Positions 25,485 through 37,986 of a DNA stretch of 64,000 nt are shown here, piece after piece; position 1 is the first letter of the stretch; each line of letters opens with the position of its first letter. The stretch covers positions 868,001 to 932,000 of the forward strand of contig JASVEC010000014.1 in assembly GCA_030770535.1 (NCBI GenBank), written 5' to 3'. The notes beneath the pieces are model-generated. The model made no database searches and was not told the DNA's origin. It was given only the letters and a program-made list of their open reading frames with translations. This DNA comes from Batkoa obscura. Its lineage: Eukaryota. The position numbers and the translations under genes are program-made.

Positions 25485-27119
25485 TTACTTAGCGCTGAAC
25501 ATATATATTATCATATTAAAAAAAGACATTAAGTTTGTATAACGATTTCTAGCTAGTTTATCAAATTGGCCTAACACTTGTTTAAGTAAAGCATCACCAT
25601 TGTGTAACCACTTAGAATAAGTGTAGGTAGCATGGATGATAAGTAAAAAGGCAAAGAATCGAATTGAAGAAAAGTATTCTGGACTTAACTTAGAGTTATA
25701 AGCAATTAATTCTTTAATATTAGTTTCCAAAAGACGAGGGTCCTTTGGTACTTTTCTTGTTGGATCAATACTAAACAAACTTCCTTTATTGCTATAGGAT
25801 ATTGCACATTTAACATCATATAAAAATAGCCAACTGGAATAATACATTATTTTAATATGATTTATGTTTGCATCAATAATATCTTCTAATACCCTGCTTG
25901 AAATCATTTTTTTAATGACTTCTAATCTACTTAATACTGTTTGAGTAGTAGAATCTAATAAAATTTCTAATAAACGATTGATTTCAATTACTTTCGCATT
26001 GGTTAAATTTAGCGCATTGATATGCACTAAAGTATCAAAATGATGTTTATAAAATAAACCACATTTATAGTAATAGTTAGAAGATGTTAGCATTATTAAC
26101 TCAGTTATTGTTTCGATTGTTTCATTCTTTTTTAATTTCGGGATTGCCTTCTCTTTTTTCCATAAATTGTGTGTCTCAAATAATAAGTTAGAGTAAGGGT
26201 CATCAATAGAAAGTAAGTATACAACTGCTGAATAACATAACTTTTTTTCACTATCGTTTCTATAGTTTTGATGTAAGCCCAATAATATGCAGTAACTATT
26301 CAAGTTGGAAAAGTAGTAAGATGGTAGTGCTGAGCTACTTCCTTTCAATCCATTTAACAATACAACCATTGATTGTATATTACTTAAATTAATCTTTACT
26401 CTACTAGGGAGGAAATGCTTTAATAATTTACCTTTCAAAAATACTTTTAACTCTAATAAATTATCATCATCGATTTGAGTTGAAGCGACCAGCATCATCG
26501 AATAAATCAATACGTCATCTCTTCTCTTACTTTTGAATTGGCTATAAGTAAATAGTGGTAACAGTATATTGATCCTTTGAAAATAAAGAGCTATCAACTG
26601 TGACATAGTATTGTAAATATTTGTATCCTTTTTCATAACAGCAGACTCTAACGCATTTGCTGGCATTTTATCAAAATATGAATTGAGACACTGATTTGGG
26701 ACTACTTTGTAAACTGAATAAATTTGGTTTAACATTATACGCGAATGAAACATTTTAACAGGAAACATCGACACAATAGAAGCACTAGAATTAAATCGAT
26801 TCCCACCCACAGAGAATTTCAATTGATTAATATATTTGTGGTTTAGAACTATAGCATCTTTCTTCTTCCCTTCTTTTTTCAATCTATTATCTTCATTATG
26901 TTTATTTGATTGAAATATTACAAAGGATTGCGAATGGAAATCTTTATTATTACACATTACTGGTTTTCGTTTGCTTTTTCGAAGTCTTGTACAAGCTTTT
27001 CCTCTTTCTATACAGCTACTACAAGTGGGAATTGACAAATCGCATTTTACTCTCTTGAAGAAACATTGGTCACATGCTGGTCTAATTCTGAAATGATTTA
27101 TAGATATAGACTCACTCAT
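25485..27119 (-). CDS. Zn(II)2Cys6 transcription factor with fungal-specific TF middle domain
   Basis: ACDQCFFKRVKCDLSIPTCSSCIERGKAC; LYFQRINILLPLF; LLGLH. Intronless, 544 aa. Confidence 0.9.
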   Translation of the reverse strand: MSESISINHFRIRPACDQCFFKRVKCDLSIPTCSSCIERGKACTRLRKSKRKPVMCNNKDFHSQSFVIFQSNKHNEDNRLKKEGKKKDAIVLNHKYINQLKFSVGGNRFNSSASIVSMFPVKMFHSRIMLNQIYSVYKVVPNQCLNSYFDKMPANALESAVMKKDTNIYNTMSQLIALYFQRINILLPLFTYSQFKSKRRDDVLIYSMMLVASTQIDDDNLLELKVFLKGKLLKHFLPSRVKINLSNIQSMVVLLNGLKGSSSALPSYYFSNLNSYCILLGLHQNYRNDSEKKLCYSAVVYLLSIDDPYSNLLFETHNLWKKEKAIPKLKKNETIETITELIMLTSSNYYYKCGLFYKHHFDTLVHINALNLTNAKVIEINRLLEILLDSTTQTVLSRLEVIKKMISSRVLEDIIDANINHIKIMYYSSWLFLYDVKCAISYSNKGSLFSIDPTRKVPKDPRLLETNIKELIAYNSKLSPEYFSSIRFFAFLLIIHATYTYSKWLHNGDALLKQVLGQFDKLARNRYTNLMSFFNMIIYMFSAK

Positions 27120-27641
27120 CTTTCAGCATAAGTACTCAAAGGATATAAATGAAGTATTAATTTGTCGTAGTAAAGTTTCTATAATAAGGACTGTATTAAT
27201 CTAGTTAAACCTGAATTCAAAAGTTAATTACTCTTGTTTAACTATAGCAAATCGCATAGCTATTATAAAACGGGGGGCATTTAAAGTAATGTGAAATGAT
27301 TAACAATTGTCACGCTTTAGTTAACTAAATTGAGTGATGTTAAAATTTGAACCAATCAGTCGATCCTAAAAGTTGATTTTTCAAGAAGATGTACAAAGAT
27401 AAAGAATAAGCAGGAATTTATGCATAAAATCAAAAAGGAAAGGCAAGAAGCAAATGTGACTAACAATCCCATATAAATATTTCAAATTTTAAAAACTTGT
27501 GAATTAAACAACTTTTAGAAACAAATAACAATGACTAATAAAAAAAACAATTGAAGTGAGTTTAGGTTAAAATAACACACTATTCATTATACTACTAACT
27601 TTTGAAGCAAATGCGTAGGTAGGCTTTGCTATAAATTAAAT

Positions 27642-27744
27642 ATATAGGGATGCCTTTTTTATTTCAGTGACAAATAAGGCTTTTGAAATCTTATACTATA
27701 CAAGAATTGGACAAAATATTGAAGCCAAAGGAGACACTTCATAT
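27642..27744. mobile_element. Divergent MITE-like element with the same end motifs but a different interior
   Basis: atatAGGGATGCC...TGAAGCCAAAGGAGACACTTCatat; length similar to the main family. Confidence 0.4.
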
Positions 27745-27999
27745 ATATTCCTATCTTTTACTACAAATAAAATTTTAACTTTGATCCTTTTAATTAATAC
27801 AATGGTTAGATTTAGCCAAATGTGTAGAGATCAATCATGTATATAGACAAGTGTAAATTGCTGTATTTACAAGAAAAATTAAAACTATAAAAAGTTTATT
27901 TGATATTGACTATCTGTGTTAAAAAAACTAATGAACGATAACAACGTCATATGGTGACCTTTGGCAAAGCCAATAAATTGATATATCACTTGATTAGTT

Positions 28000-29472
28000 A
28001 AAGCGCTCCCACTATCTATCTACTTGAAATAAATATATATGATATGTACAAGTTATAAGGATGCAAAGGATTTAAAGGGAAAAGACCACAACTTTAAATT
28101 ACAAATGTGCTTAACTAATTGTTATATATTAGCTTCCAAAAGCTCAATATCTTCTGGCCTTTTATTCACTAAATGAATACAAAATAAACCTTCATTATAG
28201 ATAATAGTCCCCATTTAATATCAAATAAAAAATCTAGCTTGAATGATAAATAATCTTAACATAATTAATAAGTACATCAATAGCTTCGAGTAATCCTTTA
28301 ATTAAAAGGAATTGTTTGATAGATTCTAATTTACTTATTGGATTTTCAGTAATCAAGCTCCATAAGTTTATTATCAAACAATCGACTTTGGTTGCTTTTG
28401 CATCACCCATATTTAACATATTAATATGTACCATAAAATATAAAAGGTGCTTATAAAACAAACTACATTTATAACAATAAGTAGAATATGCTAAAAACCT
28501 TATTGTGTTATTGTTTCTATAGCTTCATCCATATTTAACATCAGTGTCACAGTATGTTTTTTCCATAAACTATGGGTATCAAATAACAAAGTAAAATAAG
28601 GGTCATCAAGGCAAAGTAAATATATAACTGCTGAATAGTATAATTTCCTTTCAATGCTACCCTTATGGTTTAAGTATAAACCTAGTAGTATATAATAATT
28701 ATCAGCATTCAAAAATTAGTAGGATGGTAGTGCCAAGCTACATCCATTTAGTATATTTGATAATATGGCCCTCAACTGGACGTTACCTAAGTTGATCTTT
28801 AATCAATCTCATTGGAAATAAGTTAATATTAAAAGTACTTCTAATTTTGAAAAACTATCATTATCATTTATCTGTGTTAAAGCTACTATCATCACGAAAC
28901 AAATCAATGTACTTTGCCCTTTTATATTTATAAATTAATTATAAATGATGTAAATAATATATTGGTTCTTTGAAAATAGAGAGTTGTAAGTTGCGGCACA
29001 ATATGATAAATATTTATGCTTCTTTTTACAACTGCAGATTCTAACTCAATATATAGCAGTTTATTAGAAAATATTTTAGAGCATTTATTTAATGCAAATT
29101 TATATAATACATAACTATGGCCTAACACAAAAAGCAATATAATATTTAATAAACACAGTCATAGTAGAGGCATCGAATTCAAACCGATTTTTACACATGA
29201 AATTTTGATGCCCTAAAATATTTACAGTTGAAAATAATAGCGCTCTCTATCTTCCCTTTTTCTGTTTTAAATGGCTAAAATAATAAAAAGTATTGTGAGT
29301 GGAAATTTTCATTATTACATGTCTTTGGCTTTTAACTGGGTCTTTAATCCCTTATACAACTATTTCATTTTTTATAGCTAACCCAAGTACTAAATTGTGT
29401 TTTCTTTTATTCATATAATATTGGCACTACGCTGGTTTAATCCTAGATTAATTGATTATAATGACTTATTCA
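28000..29472 (-). pseudogene. Near full-length Zn2Cys6 TF pseudogene (paralog of 25485-27119)
   Basis: Fragments ELESAVVKRSINIYHIVPQLTTLYFQR, ERKLYYSAVIYLLCLDDPYF..AIETIT and FYKH match the intact TF. The eroded cluster SRIKPA*CQ lies near 29440. Confidence 0.88.
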
Positions 29473-30092
29473 TTTTTAATAAAAGCACTCAAAAGCCATA
29501 GACAGAGCACTATGTTTTTGTATAGTGGAAAATTAGGTAAAAGCTTAAATTTAGGTTAAAAAGTGAATCATTTTAATTTAATCAACTGCTATTATTTTAA
29601 AAATAAGCACTTGTATTTAAAATATTTTTAGTAATTGATATACATAGACTTATTATATTAATAAAAATAAAAGCTTAAAGGAATCTAATTTATATTTGAA
29701 AGCAATTTATAAAATTTATAAAATACAATTTTAAATTAAGTTTAATATTACTTTAAAAATGATTTGATAAATAAATAATAAAATCCTTTGATATAGTCAA
29801 AGTGTTTATTTTATCAACTATAAAAAAGTACATATAATTTTTTAAGATAAATATCAATATTTTATTAAGATACTATTGCTAAAAAAAAATCAAAAGCTGG
29901 TAAAAAAAACTTCATATTTATTTAATAAAAAAAACATTAATAATTACTTATAATATAAATACTAAAAAATTTAAAAATACTTTTGAAAGCCTCATAATCT
30001 TATGTTTTTTTCATTTTTAAATAATTTTGAATTTTTCATATATCATTTTTATATTATTGATTAACATTACTGCTTTATTAAAATTTTTATTT

Positions 30093-30195
30093 TATGGGAG
30101 TGTTTTTTTTGATTTCATTGTTTTTTCTATTTTTTAAACGTTATTTAAGTGGAAAATTTGTTAGTAAAATTCTTAAACACAAAAAAACAGCCCCA
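30093..30195 (+). mobile_element. MITE copy
   Basis: TATGGGAGTGTTTTTTTTGATTTCATTG...AAAACAGCCCCA. Confidence 0.85.
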
Positions 30196-32457
30196 ATTTT
30201 GAAAATGGTGTAAAAATTCCCAAGCATAAGTTTTAGTTAATAATTTTTGCTCAATATTTTTGTTAATTTATAACCATATTAATATTCATTTTAATTAAAA
30301 ATATCATGTTTAAGCTCTTAGTTATTTTTACCTTATTAAATCAGCGAAGGCAGAATACCTCCGTCTTCAAAATAGTAGCGCTCATTATGTTTTTGTTACA
30401 CTTTAATAAGTAGTTAACTATGAAATGAATAGAATTAATTATTCCAAGGAAAATATTATGGAAAGCTTTATCTTTATTATAAAATTAAACAATTCAATAA
30501 ATGATAGTACTCTTAATTAAAATGTTATTTAAGCTATATGATTATCATCAATAAATATAATCATATAACTTTCTATTATTTCCTTCCACTCTGCCAGTTT
30601 TAAGCCCCGATTTAGCTTTCCTATATCTCCTGTTTTTTGGATAAATAACGGAATATTTGCCTTAAGATTTAGCAAAAGTTGCATAACTCTAAACACAATA
30701 GTGTAAAATGCTTCCGACTTTTTCCGACAAAAATTTTTGACAGCTCTTTTAAGCGGAAAAATGCTCCACTTGTAAAAATAATAGTACACCTATTTGTTTT
30801 TATTTATTTTTACATTTTTGTAAATTATAATATCTATTTATTGGTTTTGAATAAACAAGAGCATGAAAATATTTAATATAAAATTTGTTATTTCATATTT
30901 TGAGCATTGTTTTACTGATCATTGGTATAAGAAGTTGATTTCTATGATCATGGGTGATTATATAATCATATAGCCTAATGTTAATCATTAATAACAGATT
31001 TTTGAAACAACTATTTTTAATATATTGTAAATATCATTATAACTATGCATAAAATTTAGGACAATAACTAAAAGATAATATTAGATTATAATATTAAATA
31101 GCTTCATATCAGTTTATTTAAAATTAGACTCTGTAAATAGATTAAAACTACTGAGTTTAAATCTTCTCAGTTTGATTAAAGAGGACTTGTATTTATTCAA
31201 CCATTCTTTTATAGCATCTTTAGCTAATAAATTAACAATAGAATTTTAGCTTTTTTAAGGTATAAGATATGGTAAACCAAATTAAATAAATGACTTTGTA
31301 ACCTTTTTTATTAATATTTTAAATATATAAAATACCTGTTTACCCTAATTTATTAAAATGTTATAAAACTACTAGTCAATAAATAAAGTTTATTTCATTC
31401 GTATTTTAGTAAGAAATTTAAATTTTTTAAAATATAATATATAATATCTAGTTTAACTAAGAGCTATTTTCATTATGATTTATTTTTTAGGCTAATTATT
31501 TCTATTTCTATTGTTGTATTCTATTATATAATATAAATTATTATATTAATTTGATAATAAAACTTTAATAGATCGAAAATCCTTACTCAGCTTTAATTAT
31601 GGTTAATTATATACTTTTAAATACTGACTGTGAATTATAATTATTTCATTGATACAGCTTTTATCTATAACTACTATTTTAAATAAATAATAACTTCTTT
31701 AATCACTTTATAAGTATAATTTGACATAGTAAAATGAAAACTTGATAGCATACCATGCGAAATTAAGAAGAAAGAATCATCCTTAATGAAAATGCTATCC
31801 TGTTTATACTATTCTTATTAAATTGTGATAATAACTGCAGAAAAGTTAACTGTCATCTAGGAGGAAGCTTTTCAAATTATTAATAAAATTTTTATCAGAT
31901 ATGTATAATGATTCTAAATTGTTGATTGAGCCCTCACCAAAATATTAAGATAAAAAGGGTTACGAAAAATTTATGCTAAATCTAAGAACATTCGAATTAT
32001 CGATTTCCCCTCAACTTTACAAAATAGTCGGATGAGATTATCCTGGGTTAAACACCAAATATAAAAAATTCGGTTAAAATTTCCAACTACTAATTTAAAG
32101 CAAAACATGATTTAATACCAAACACGACAGCGTTTTTAATTTTATTTTATTTTTAACCTAAAAACAAATTTATTAATGAATGTATCTAAATTACATCATA
32201 CAATTATAAGGTTTTAAAGGGTATAAAAGATCAAAAAACATCTTCACCATTGTTATAAAAAATACAAATATTCTATCACATTTTAAAGGCTTATTTCTTT
32301 AAACTTCGATAGATTTCAAACCCCAATATTAAGCAGCCAATCAATTCCCCCCAACATTTTATATTTAGCTAATTTACCTACTAAATATATACATTTAATT
32401 TAATTGGTCAAAGCAATAATTAATCTGATTTCAGTTTATAAAGGAAGCAAATAACCT

Positions 32458-34620
32458 ATGGAAACTTTTAATTCTTCAATCTCAACTTCTTTTATGGAAA
32501 CAACAACATCTTCGTGGTTTTTTAATTTATCAATGGAGACTTATATAATATCTGGTATCGTTGCACTCTGTGGTTTATATCTCTTAAGAGATTATATTAT
32601 ACCCTCTAATAAACCTGTTGAAACAAAGGCAGAGATCAATGTAAAGCCAAAGGCTACTCGCAATTTTATTGAAAAAATGCAACAAACCCAAAGCAACATT
32701 ATCATCTTTTTTGGTTCTCAAACTGGTACTGCTGAAGACTTTGCTAATCGTTTAGCTAAAGAAGGAAAGCAACGTTTTGGATTATCGTGCCTTGTTTGTG
32801 ATATTGAATGTTATGATATGGATTTATTAGATACTCTCCCTGACGATTTTTATGCCATCTTTTTAATGGCAACTTATGGTGAAGGTGAACCTACTGATAA
32901 TGCAAATGAATTCTATCATATGTTACAAGATGAACAAGATGTGACTCTTTCACAAAGTACTTATTCTGCTGATGATAAACCTTTAGAAAAATTACGCTAT
33001 TCTTTCTTTGGTCTTGGTAACCGTACTTATGAACATTTCAACCTTGTAGCTAAAAACTTGGATGCTTCATTTACTAAATTTGGTGGTAAACGTTTTGGTG
33101 AGTTAGGTCTTGGCGATGATGACGGAAGTCTTGAGGATGATTTTATCTCTTGGAAAGAAGCAACTTGGAAAAGTATTTGTGGTGAACTTAATGTTGACTT
33201 TGTAGATTCCTCTTCTCAAATTACTTATTCTAATTTGAAAATTACTGAAGCTTCTGATGTTGACTCTAATCTAGTACATAATGGCGAACTTCACGATAAA
33301 TGTATTAAAAGCTTGGGAGGTAAGACTACTTACGATGCTAAACATCCTTATTGTTCCCCAGTCAAAATTACCCGTCAACTATATACTGGAGATCGTAAAT
33401 GCGTTCATCTTGAAGTCGACCTTGGAGATTCTGGTATTAAATATGAAACTGGTGATCATATTGGACTATGGCCCACCAACCCTGAATCGGAAGTTCAATT
33501 GTTTGCTCGTGCTTTTGGTCTTTCTGAAAAAATGGATACTGTTATTTCAATTGAAAGTATTGATGGTAACAACAATAAGAAATTATTTGCCAGCCCAACC
33601 ACTTATTCATCTCTCCTCCGCTTTTATGTTGATATCTGCTCTGCTCCTTCTCGTCAATTTCTTGGACAACTGGTACCTTATATCAAATCTAAAGAGGCCA
33701 AAGAATGGATTTCGAAGATTGCTGACGACTCTGCTCTATATTCTAATGAAATTCTTAATACTCGTACAACTATGGCAGAAATTTGCCTCAAAGTCCAAGA
33801 AATGGAAAAAGATGTTGAATTATCCAGTCGCTCAACTATCCCATTAAACCTTACTCTCGAAAACCTTGGCCGTGTTTCTCCTCGTTACTACAGCATTAGT
33901 TCCAGCAATATTGTTCATGCTAATACTGTCCATGTTACCGCTTCTGTACTTGAATTCTCTCCTGAATCTGATTCTAAACGTAAAGTTAAAGGCCTTTTCA
34001 CTAACTTCCTTTTATCTGCCCATGAATTACTTACTTGTCCACATGAAGGCCCAAGTCCATATTTATTCAATGCTTCTAAGAAAGAAGATGGTACCTTAAA
34101 AGTAGTATTACCAATGCATATTCGTAAATCCAATTTCCGCCTTCCACGTAATCCAGAAGTGCCAGTTGTTATGATTGGTCCTGGTACTGGTGTAGCCCCA
34201 TTCCGTGCCTTTGTTCAAGAACGTTCTGCACAAGCAAAGAGTGGTAAAAATGTCGGACCAACTATGCTATTCTTTGGTTGTCGTCGTTGTGATGAAGATT
34301 TTATGTATGCTGAAGAATGGAAAGAGTTATTTGAACCATTGAAAGATAGTGAGATGTTAACTGCCTTTTCACGTCAAGGAGACAAGAAAGTCTATGTACA
34401 ACATTTAATCAGAGAACAAAAAGAGAAAGTATGGGACCTTATTGATAGACAAAAGGGATCCATCTACGTCTGTGGTGATGCTAAATATATGGCTAAAGAC
34501 GTCAATCAATGCTTTGTTGATATGGCTAAAGATTTGGGTGGTATGAGTGAAGAGCATGCCATTGCCTATGTAAAGAAACTTCGTTCTCAATCTAGGTACC
34601 AAGAAGATGTTTGGGCCTAA
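32458..34620 (+). CDS. NCP1: NADPH-cytochrome P450 reductase
   Basis: N-terminal TM; GSQTGTAEDFA, ATYGEGEPTDNA, FGLGNRTYEHFN, PRYYSISSS, MIGPGTGVAPFR, YVCGDAKYMA; C-terminal RYQEDVWA. Confidence 0.97.
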   Translation: METFNSSISTSFMETTTSSWFFNLSMETYIISGIVALCGLYLLRDYIIPSNKPVETKAEINVKPKATRNFIEKMQQTQSNIIIFFGSQTGTAEDFANRLAKEGKQRFGLSCLVCDIECYDMDLLDTLPDDFYAIFLMATYGEGEPTDNANEFYHMLQDEQDVTLSQSTYSADDKPLEKLRYSFFGLGNRTYEHFNLVAKNLDASFTKFGGKRFGELGLGDDDGSLEDDFISWKEATWKSICGELNVDFVDSSSQITYSNLKITEASDVDSNLVHNGELHDKCIKSLGGKTTYDAKHPYCSPVKITRQLYTGDRKCVHLEVDLGDSGIKYETGDHIGLWPTNPESEVQLFARAFGLSEKMDTVISIESIDGNNNKKLFASPTTYSSLLRFYVDICSAPSRQFLGQLVPYIKSKEAKEWISKIADDSALYSNEILNTRTTMAEICLKVQEMEKDVELSSRSTIPLNLTLENLGRVSPRYYSISSSNIVHANTVHVTASVLEFSPESDSKRKVKGLFTNFLLSAHELLTCPHEGPSPYLFNASKKEDGTLKVVLPMHIRKSNFRLPRNPEVPVVMIGPGTGVAPFRAFVQERSAQAKSGKNVGPTMLFFGCRRCDEDFMYAEEWKELFEPLKDSEMLTAFSRQGDKKVYVQHLIREQKEKVWDLIDRQKGSIYVCGDAKYMAKDVNQCFVDMAKDLGGMSEEHAIAYVKKLRSQSRYQEDVWA

Positions 34621-35602
34621 ACTGCGATTATATCTTGTCATTATTATTATTATTCCTTTTGTTCAAAGCCTTAGACTTTCTATAGTTTCATAGTTTTCAA
34701 ATTTATCTAAATAAAGTTTTTTAATGTAAAATTAAATTCAAATATTGTACTAATTTGGTAACTAAAAATAAGTTCAAAAAGAGCAAGTATTTTCTAAAAG
34801 GATCAAATAAGTGAATTTTGGATAAACTTGACCGCTTTTTTAGTAATGCAAAGTAATAAATTCACTATTTAAATCGGAAATCTTTTATCCGCGTTTAGCT
34901 AATTTTGATATTTGAATAAAATAATTTGAGTCTTAAACTTAATTACCCAGGTCTAATTTTATTGCGTGATGTTTAATGATTTAATTTAGTAATATTCTTG
35001 TTAAATTAAATCTGTCATCTTTTAACTATACAAAAAAATCGTTTGATATTAAAGCTTTCAGTTAATATTGTGAGGTATTGGCATATAATTAAAACTTTAT
35101 TTCATGATTTATAATACTCTTAAATTTAAATGACTGATATTGATATCTAAATATAACAGCATTGAATTTTTTATTTCTTTTCAATTTTTATTATTAATAA
35201 ATAAACTTAATAAATAAAAGTAATTTGACCAAAGATAATTTATTTAAAATTTCCTCAAAACAAAAACATTATAAGCTCTGATATATATTATATGTAGAAT
35301 AATATAAACTGATATTTAGTTTCTAATTAGGATGTAAAAGTATAATACAAAATATTTTATCAGTTTTAATTTTAATTTTTTTAAAGCCCACAGACCAATA
35401 GGTTTTGAGCTTTATTCAATTAAAAAGCAAATGTTGTTGTGTTTAGAAGAGCGAGGAATCGAGGAGTAAGTGACCTTCATAGTAGCACATTAGATATTCA
35501 CAATAAGACTTCACATCCCTTATTAATTTACCCGATTGACCTCATTTGAGAGGAGGGTGTATTTAAGGTGGAGGGAAGGGAAATGTTTAACTTATATTTA
35601 AT

Positions 35603-35709
35603 AGATGAGGATGTATTTTTGTGTTCAAGAATTTTACTAACAAATTTTCTGTTTAAATGCGCTTAAAAAATGGAAAAAATAACAAAGTCAAAAGAACACT
35701 TCCAGATAT
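35603..35709 (-). mobile_element. MITE copy
   Basis: GAGGATGTATTTTTGTGTTCAAGAATTTTACTAAC...AACACTTCC. Confidence 0.8.
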
Positions 35710-36422
35710 TAACCTTAAAAGCAAATAGCTAGTTGAATTGTACAAAAATTAAAAAGCTAAATTCATATTTACCTGATCTTTAGTTAGATAAATAAAAATA
35801 GAATGGTTAAAGTTTTTATGTAACTGATTAGTACTTTTTTGGATAAGAGATAAAGTGTGAATGATTAGTAGGATACTCGGATTATTAATAATACTTTGTA
35901 AGTTTACCAGTTACTCCTGTTTACTGCTTTCTCAACAAATGCTATTTATTTATCTTAAACTTGAATAATAAAAGTGATAAATATCCCTTTTGTAGCTCTA
36001 ACCGTTTATTTGTACTAATTTTAAATGATAAATTTACGAGAAAAATAAATCACTTTATAGAAAGACTGAATAACTAGAAAAATCTATCAAAGCTAGAAAA
36101 CACTTCCTCTATAAGGATTCTATAGTACTATTCAATTTTGGGAATTATGTTTTTATTATCTTCGGTAATAATGTTAATAGTTACATTTTATGTCCAATAC
36201 TATAAATACATATATTCCAACTGGGCAAAAGTCTGTAATTAATAACTAATAGCTTTTGTTAGACATTGACACTATAAACTAAAAAAAGCAGTAGCAGAGT
36301 ACTGATCGGGGTTATAATATGTGAACAATGATATATTTTCATATCTTAGTAAGAAACCTCCCTTTTAAATAGTAAAAATGGATTGTTAAAATGCTAAATA
36401 GATTAAAAGTCAAGATATTAAA

Positions 36423-36523
36423 ATATGGATTTTTTTTGGTTTTATCACTTTTTCCATTTTTAAGTGTTAATTTGAGTGGAAAAATTGTTGGTAGAATTGC
36501 CAAGTACAAAAATACATCTCCAC
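36423..36523 (+). mobile_element. MITE copy, degenerate
   Basis: ATATGGATTTTTTTTGGTTTTATCAC...TTTGAGTGGAAAAATTGTTGGTAGAATT...AAAATACATCTCC. Confidence 0.75.
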
Positions 36524-37028
36524 ACTTTCGCCCTACTCTAATCTGACTTTGCTAATAATTCAATTGATATATAAATAAAGTAATTTAACATTTTGAATTT
36601 AAATTTAAGTTTAAAACCTTACTATCAATTTTTATTTTGTATTGTAAAAATCATTATTTACCAAAAAAAACTTACGGCATTGTATCAGTACTCCGATACC
36701 ACCACTAAGAAACGATAATGAGAACTAAAATAATTAATGACTTACTAATATGATTTTATTATTTAGTTTCAAAGTCAATAATTAAACTTTTATATTGTAT
36801 CAATGACTATTAAATCTCTAAGGCTAAAGTAAGCATATTGAATCATTCTTTAATCATCATTTTATATAAACCACATGTTTCTCCCATATATTTATATTTG
36901 TGATGCTAATTAAGAACTTAAAATCAAAACACAACTAAAATATAAAAGGCATGAAATTTATGCGCTAACATGAATTATTTATATCTCAAATAACATTTAA
37001 AAACTAATATTTAATCTAATAAAGTTGC

Positions 37029-37672
37029 TTATTTAGTTTTATACATGCGTAACTTATCTGCAGAATAGGTAAAGTTATCAGCATAAAGCTTTTTACGGAA
37101 AGATTTTTGTTTAGGCTCTTGGACTGTATAGTTCCATCCTAAATTAAATTTTAAGTGTTACACAAATTCTGTCAACTTTAACATTTTGTTTTTACCTTGT
37201 TTTTCGGCAAACATGATAGCTTGTTCTTTAGTTCCAAATTTAATCTTTAAAGCTTGTACGGCATCAGCACTAAATAAATTAAATTACAATTTTAAAAAAC
37301 ATTAAGTTTGTACTAACCTTGAAGCCCATCCCATTAAAGTATTTTCCCAACGCCCACTTCCTTCAAGGATATCAAAATCAATTAACCATTTTCTAGTAGC
37401 ATTGATTCCTGATTGCATTACATTTCTTGTGGGTTGAAAGATACGAACAGTACGTGTCTTCAATTCCTCTAAATAAAATTAATCTTCATTTAAAATTGTT
37501 TCAATGTCATACCTGGTGCTCCAGATACAATATCAGCTGGTACTACTTCACTTGTTGGACGAGTGGTAATTAATTCTTCATTTGGCTTGATAGCTTTGTC
37601 ACTGTAAAATCGATATTGAGCAATTGAGCGTAAGCTGGTGCTTAAACGTTGTGTTTGGCGAATAGATTGCAT
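37029..37672 (-). CDS. NDUFS4: Complex I subunit NDUFS4 (ETC_C1_NDUFA4 family), 4 exons
   Basis: Mitochondrial presequence; [51 protein letters not shown] across GT-AG introns. Confidence 0.92.
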
Positions 37673-37986
37673 TATTAAAAATGATTAGATTAGATGTGAC
37701 AAATCTAAAAAAGTAGGGTTGGATCATTTTATGGGAATAAAATTAGCAATTATTAGTAAAAATAGCCAGGGACGATGTTAGTAGATAATGATGAATATAA
37801 AATAGCTGCAATAAAACTAGAGTGCTATATTTAAAGGTATTAACCATTCCTGTTAATCAAAAATACTTAAATAATAAACTTAGTTACATTTAATAGTAAC
37901 TTTATTTTTGTTAATTTTAAAGTTCGACTAAAATTCATTTTTTTAAATTTTATTTTTTTATTAAGCAAAATCATCTGATTTAATTA

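Noticed and set aside
30529..30876. Short ORFs 30529-30789 and 30679-30876 (also 6182-6364, 19548-19760, 61844-62035)
   Set aside because: No motifs or splice support; consistent with chance ORFs or eroded relics in AT-rich DNA.
33281..34641. Alternative-frame and antisense ORFs inside NCP1 (likewise inside SUA7, DEG1, the POPs and the C2H2 gene)
   Set aside because: Shadows of codon bias in real genes; no recognisable motifs.
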